Positions 18,363-19,156 of a stretch of 19,156 bases of DNA are shown here, one piece after another. Position 1 is the first letter of the stretch; every line of letters starts with the position of its first letter. The notes beneath the pieces are model-generated. The model ran no database searches and had not been told where the DNA came from. It worked only from the letters and a program-made list of their open reading frames with translations. Source of the DNA: a virus (lineage: Duplodnaviria > Heunggongvirae > Uroviricota > Caudoviricetes); IMG/VR virus record IMGVR_UViG_2548876862_000001, positions 1 through 19,156 of that record; one strand, written 5' to 3'. The position numbers were made by a program, and so were the translations under genes.

Positions 18363-19156
18363 ATGACAGATTCAATAAATGCCAATGTTGTAGTGAGTAT
18401 GCCTTCGCAACTCTTCACTATGGCGCGTTCTTTTAAAGCCGTAGCTAATGGCAAAATTTATATCGGTAAAATTGACACTGACCCGGTAAATCCTGAAAAC
18501 CAGATTCAGGTTTATTTAGAGAACGAAGACGGCTCTCACGTTCCTGTATCGCAACCAATCATCATTAACGCTGCTGGATATCCGGTATATAACGGACAGA
18601 TTGCCAAATTCGTAACCGTGCAAGGCCATTCTATGGCTGTTTATGATGCGTATGGTGCGCAGCAGTTCTATTTTTCGAATGTGCTGAAGTATGACCCTGA
18701 CCAACTCAGGCAAGATCTTGCATCTCAAGGAGGTGTTAATCTGGTAAACGGAGCTATCTCACAGGAAGATCTTGTTTTGCAGTCGATCACAAAAATTCCA
18801 AGTTATGATAATTCTAACGTAGTCCAGGCGTGGCGCGATAGTGTTGCGACCTACGGGTATGTTTACTTCTCTAATCATTCAAAAAATCAGATGGTGTACA
18901 CCGTACCGTCTACAGCTGCTAACGCTTCTTTCCTTGCGAACAGTAAAGTAATCATTGATAAAAATGTCACCCTGAGATTCGACAGTGATCTGTACTCACT
19001 GTTTAAATCGTTGCAGTACGAGGGGGAGGGTACGTTTGAATTTACGCACCTGAACTTTAAAGCAACCGGTGGAGAAGTGGATTATCTGGCTAAGCAGGCC
19101 ATCCTCAACCGAAACCCTATTCGCATGAAGCGAGTGGAATGGTCAGATTGTAAAGT
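18363..19156 (+). CDS. 9: Tailspike protein, partial (3' end beyond the window): conserved head-binding domain plus divergent receptor-binding region
   Basis: ATG 18363 follows GGAG (18351-18354) by 8 nt; open to the window end. Residues 1-114 ([12 protein letters not shown]...[34 protein letters not shown]...[14 protein letters not shown]....NVLKYDPDQ) match the P22 gp9 head-binding domain by recall; the rest does not. Confidence 0.9.
   Translation, partial: MTDSINANVVVSMPSQLFTMARSFKAVANGKIYIGKIDTDPVNPENQIQVYLENEDGSHVPVSQPIIINAAGYPVYNGQIAKFVTVQGHSMAVYDAYGAQQFYFSNVLKYDPDQLRQDLASQGGVNLVNGAISQEDLVLQSITKIPSYDNSNVVQAWRDSVATYGYVYFSNHSKNQMVYTVPSTAANASFLANSKVIIDKNVTLRFDSDLYSLFKSLQYEGEGTFEFTHLNFKATGGEVDYLAKQAILNRNPIRMKRVEWSDCK

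Noticed and set aside
18516-18728. 70-aa minus-strand ORF
   Set aside because: Antisense within the tailspike head-binding domain coding region.
1-19156. CRISPR arrays, tRNA or rRNA genes, insertion sequences, integrase or attachment sites
   Set aside because: I saw no direct-repeat/spacer arrays, cloverleaf-like candidates, terminal inverted repeats with a transposase, or recombinase genes. The window is contiguous phage late and accessory DNA.
1-19156. Whether this is phage P22 itself
   Set aside because: Gene order and lengths match P22, but coat, portal and scaffold differ at many positions from the P22 sequences as I remember them, and the immI region and tailspike receptor domain are different. 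A related P22-like phage is more likely. This rests on memory and needs an alignment.

Overview
This window reads as the late (virion) operon of a P22-like podovirus or prophage from an enterobacterial host, followed by an immI-like accessory island and the start of the tailspike gene. Plus-strand order: 3' end of an upstream gene, terminator, rha-like regulator, orf80-like gene, small and large terminase (gene 3 with an internal pac-like sequence, gene 2), portal (1), scaffold (8), coat (5), strong terminator, a small unassigned ORF, tail accessory genes 4, 10 and 26, and ejection genes 14, 7, 20 and 16. The island at 14941-18362 holds an AT-rich minus-strand membrane protein (SieA-like by position), a lambda-CI-like repressor whose predicted catalytic serine is replaced by alanine, a 57-aa Arc-like gene absent from the ORF track, two tandem antirepressor-like genes of different families, and a convergent Mnt-like repressor. 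Each antirepressor start carries an antisense extended -10 element (TGCTACAAT / TGCTACATT) facing a minus-strand hairpin plus U-tract over its ribosome-binding site, so I propose two sar-like antisense RNAs. The tailspike (gene 9) is truncated by the window end and looks mosaic. All homology statements come from reading the translations against remembered P22 and lambda proteins; no database search was run. Start codons were chosen by RBS spacing and several differ from the ORF-track starts.
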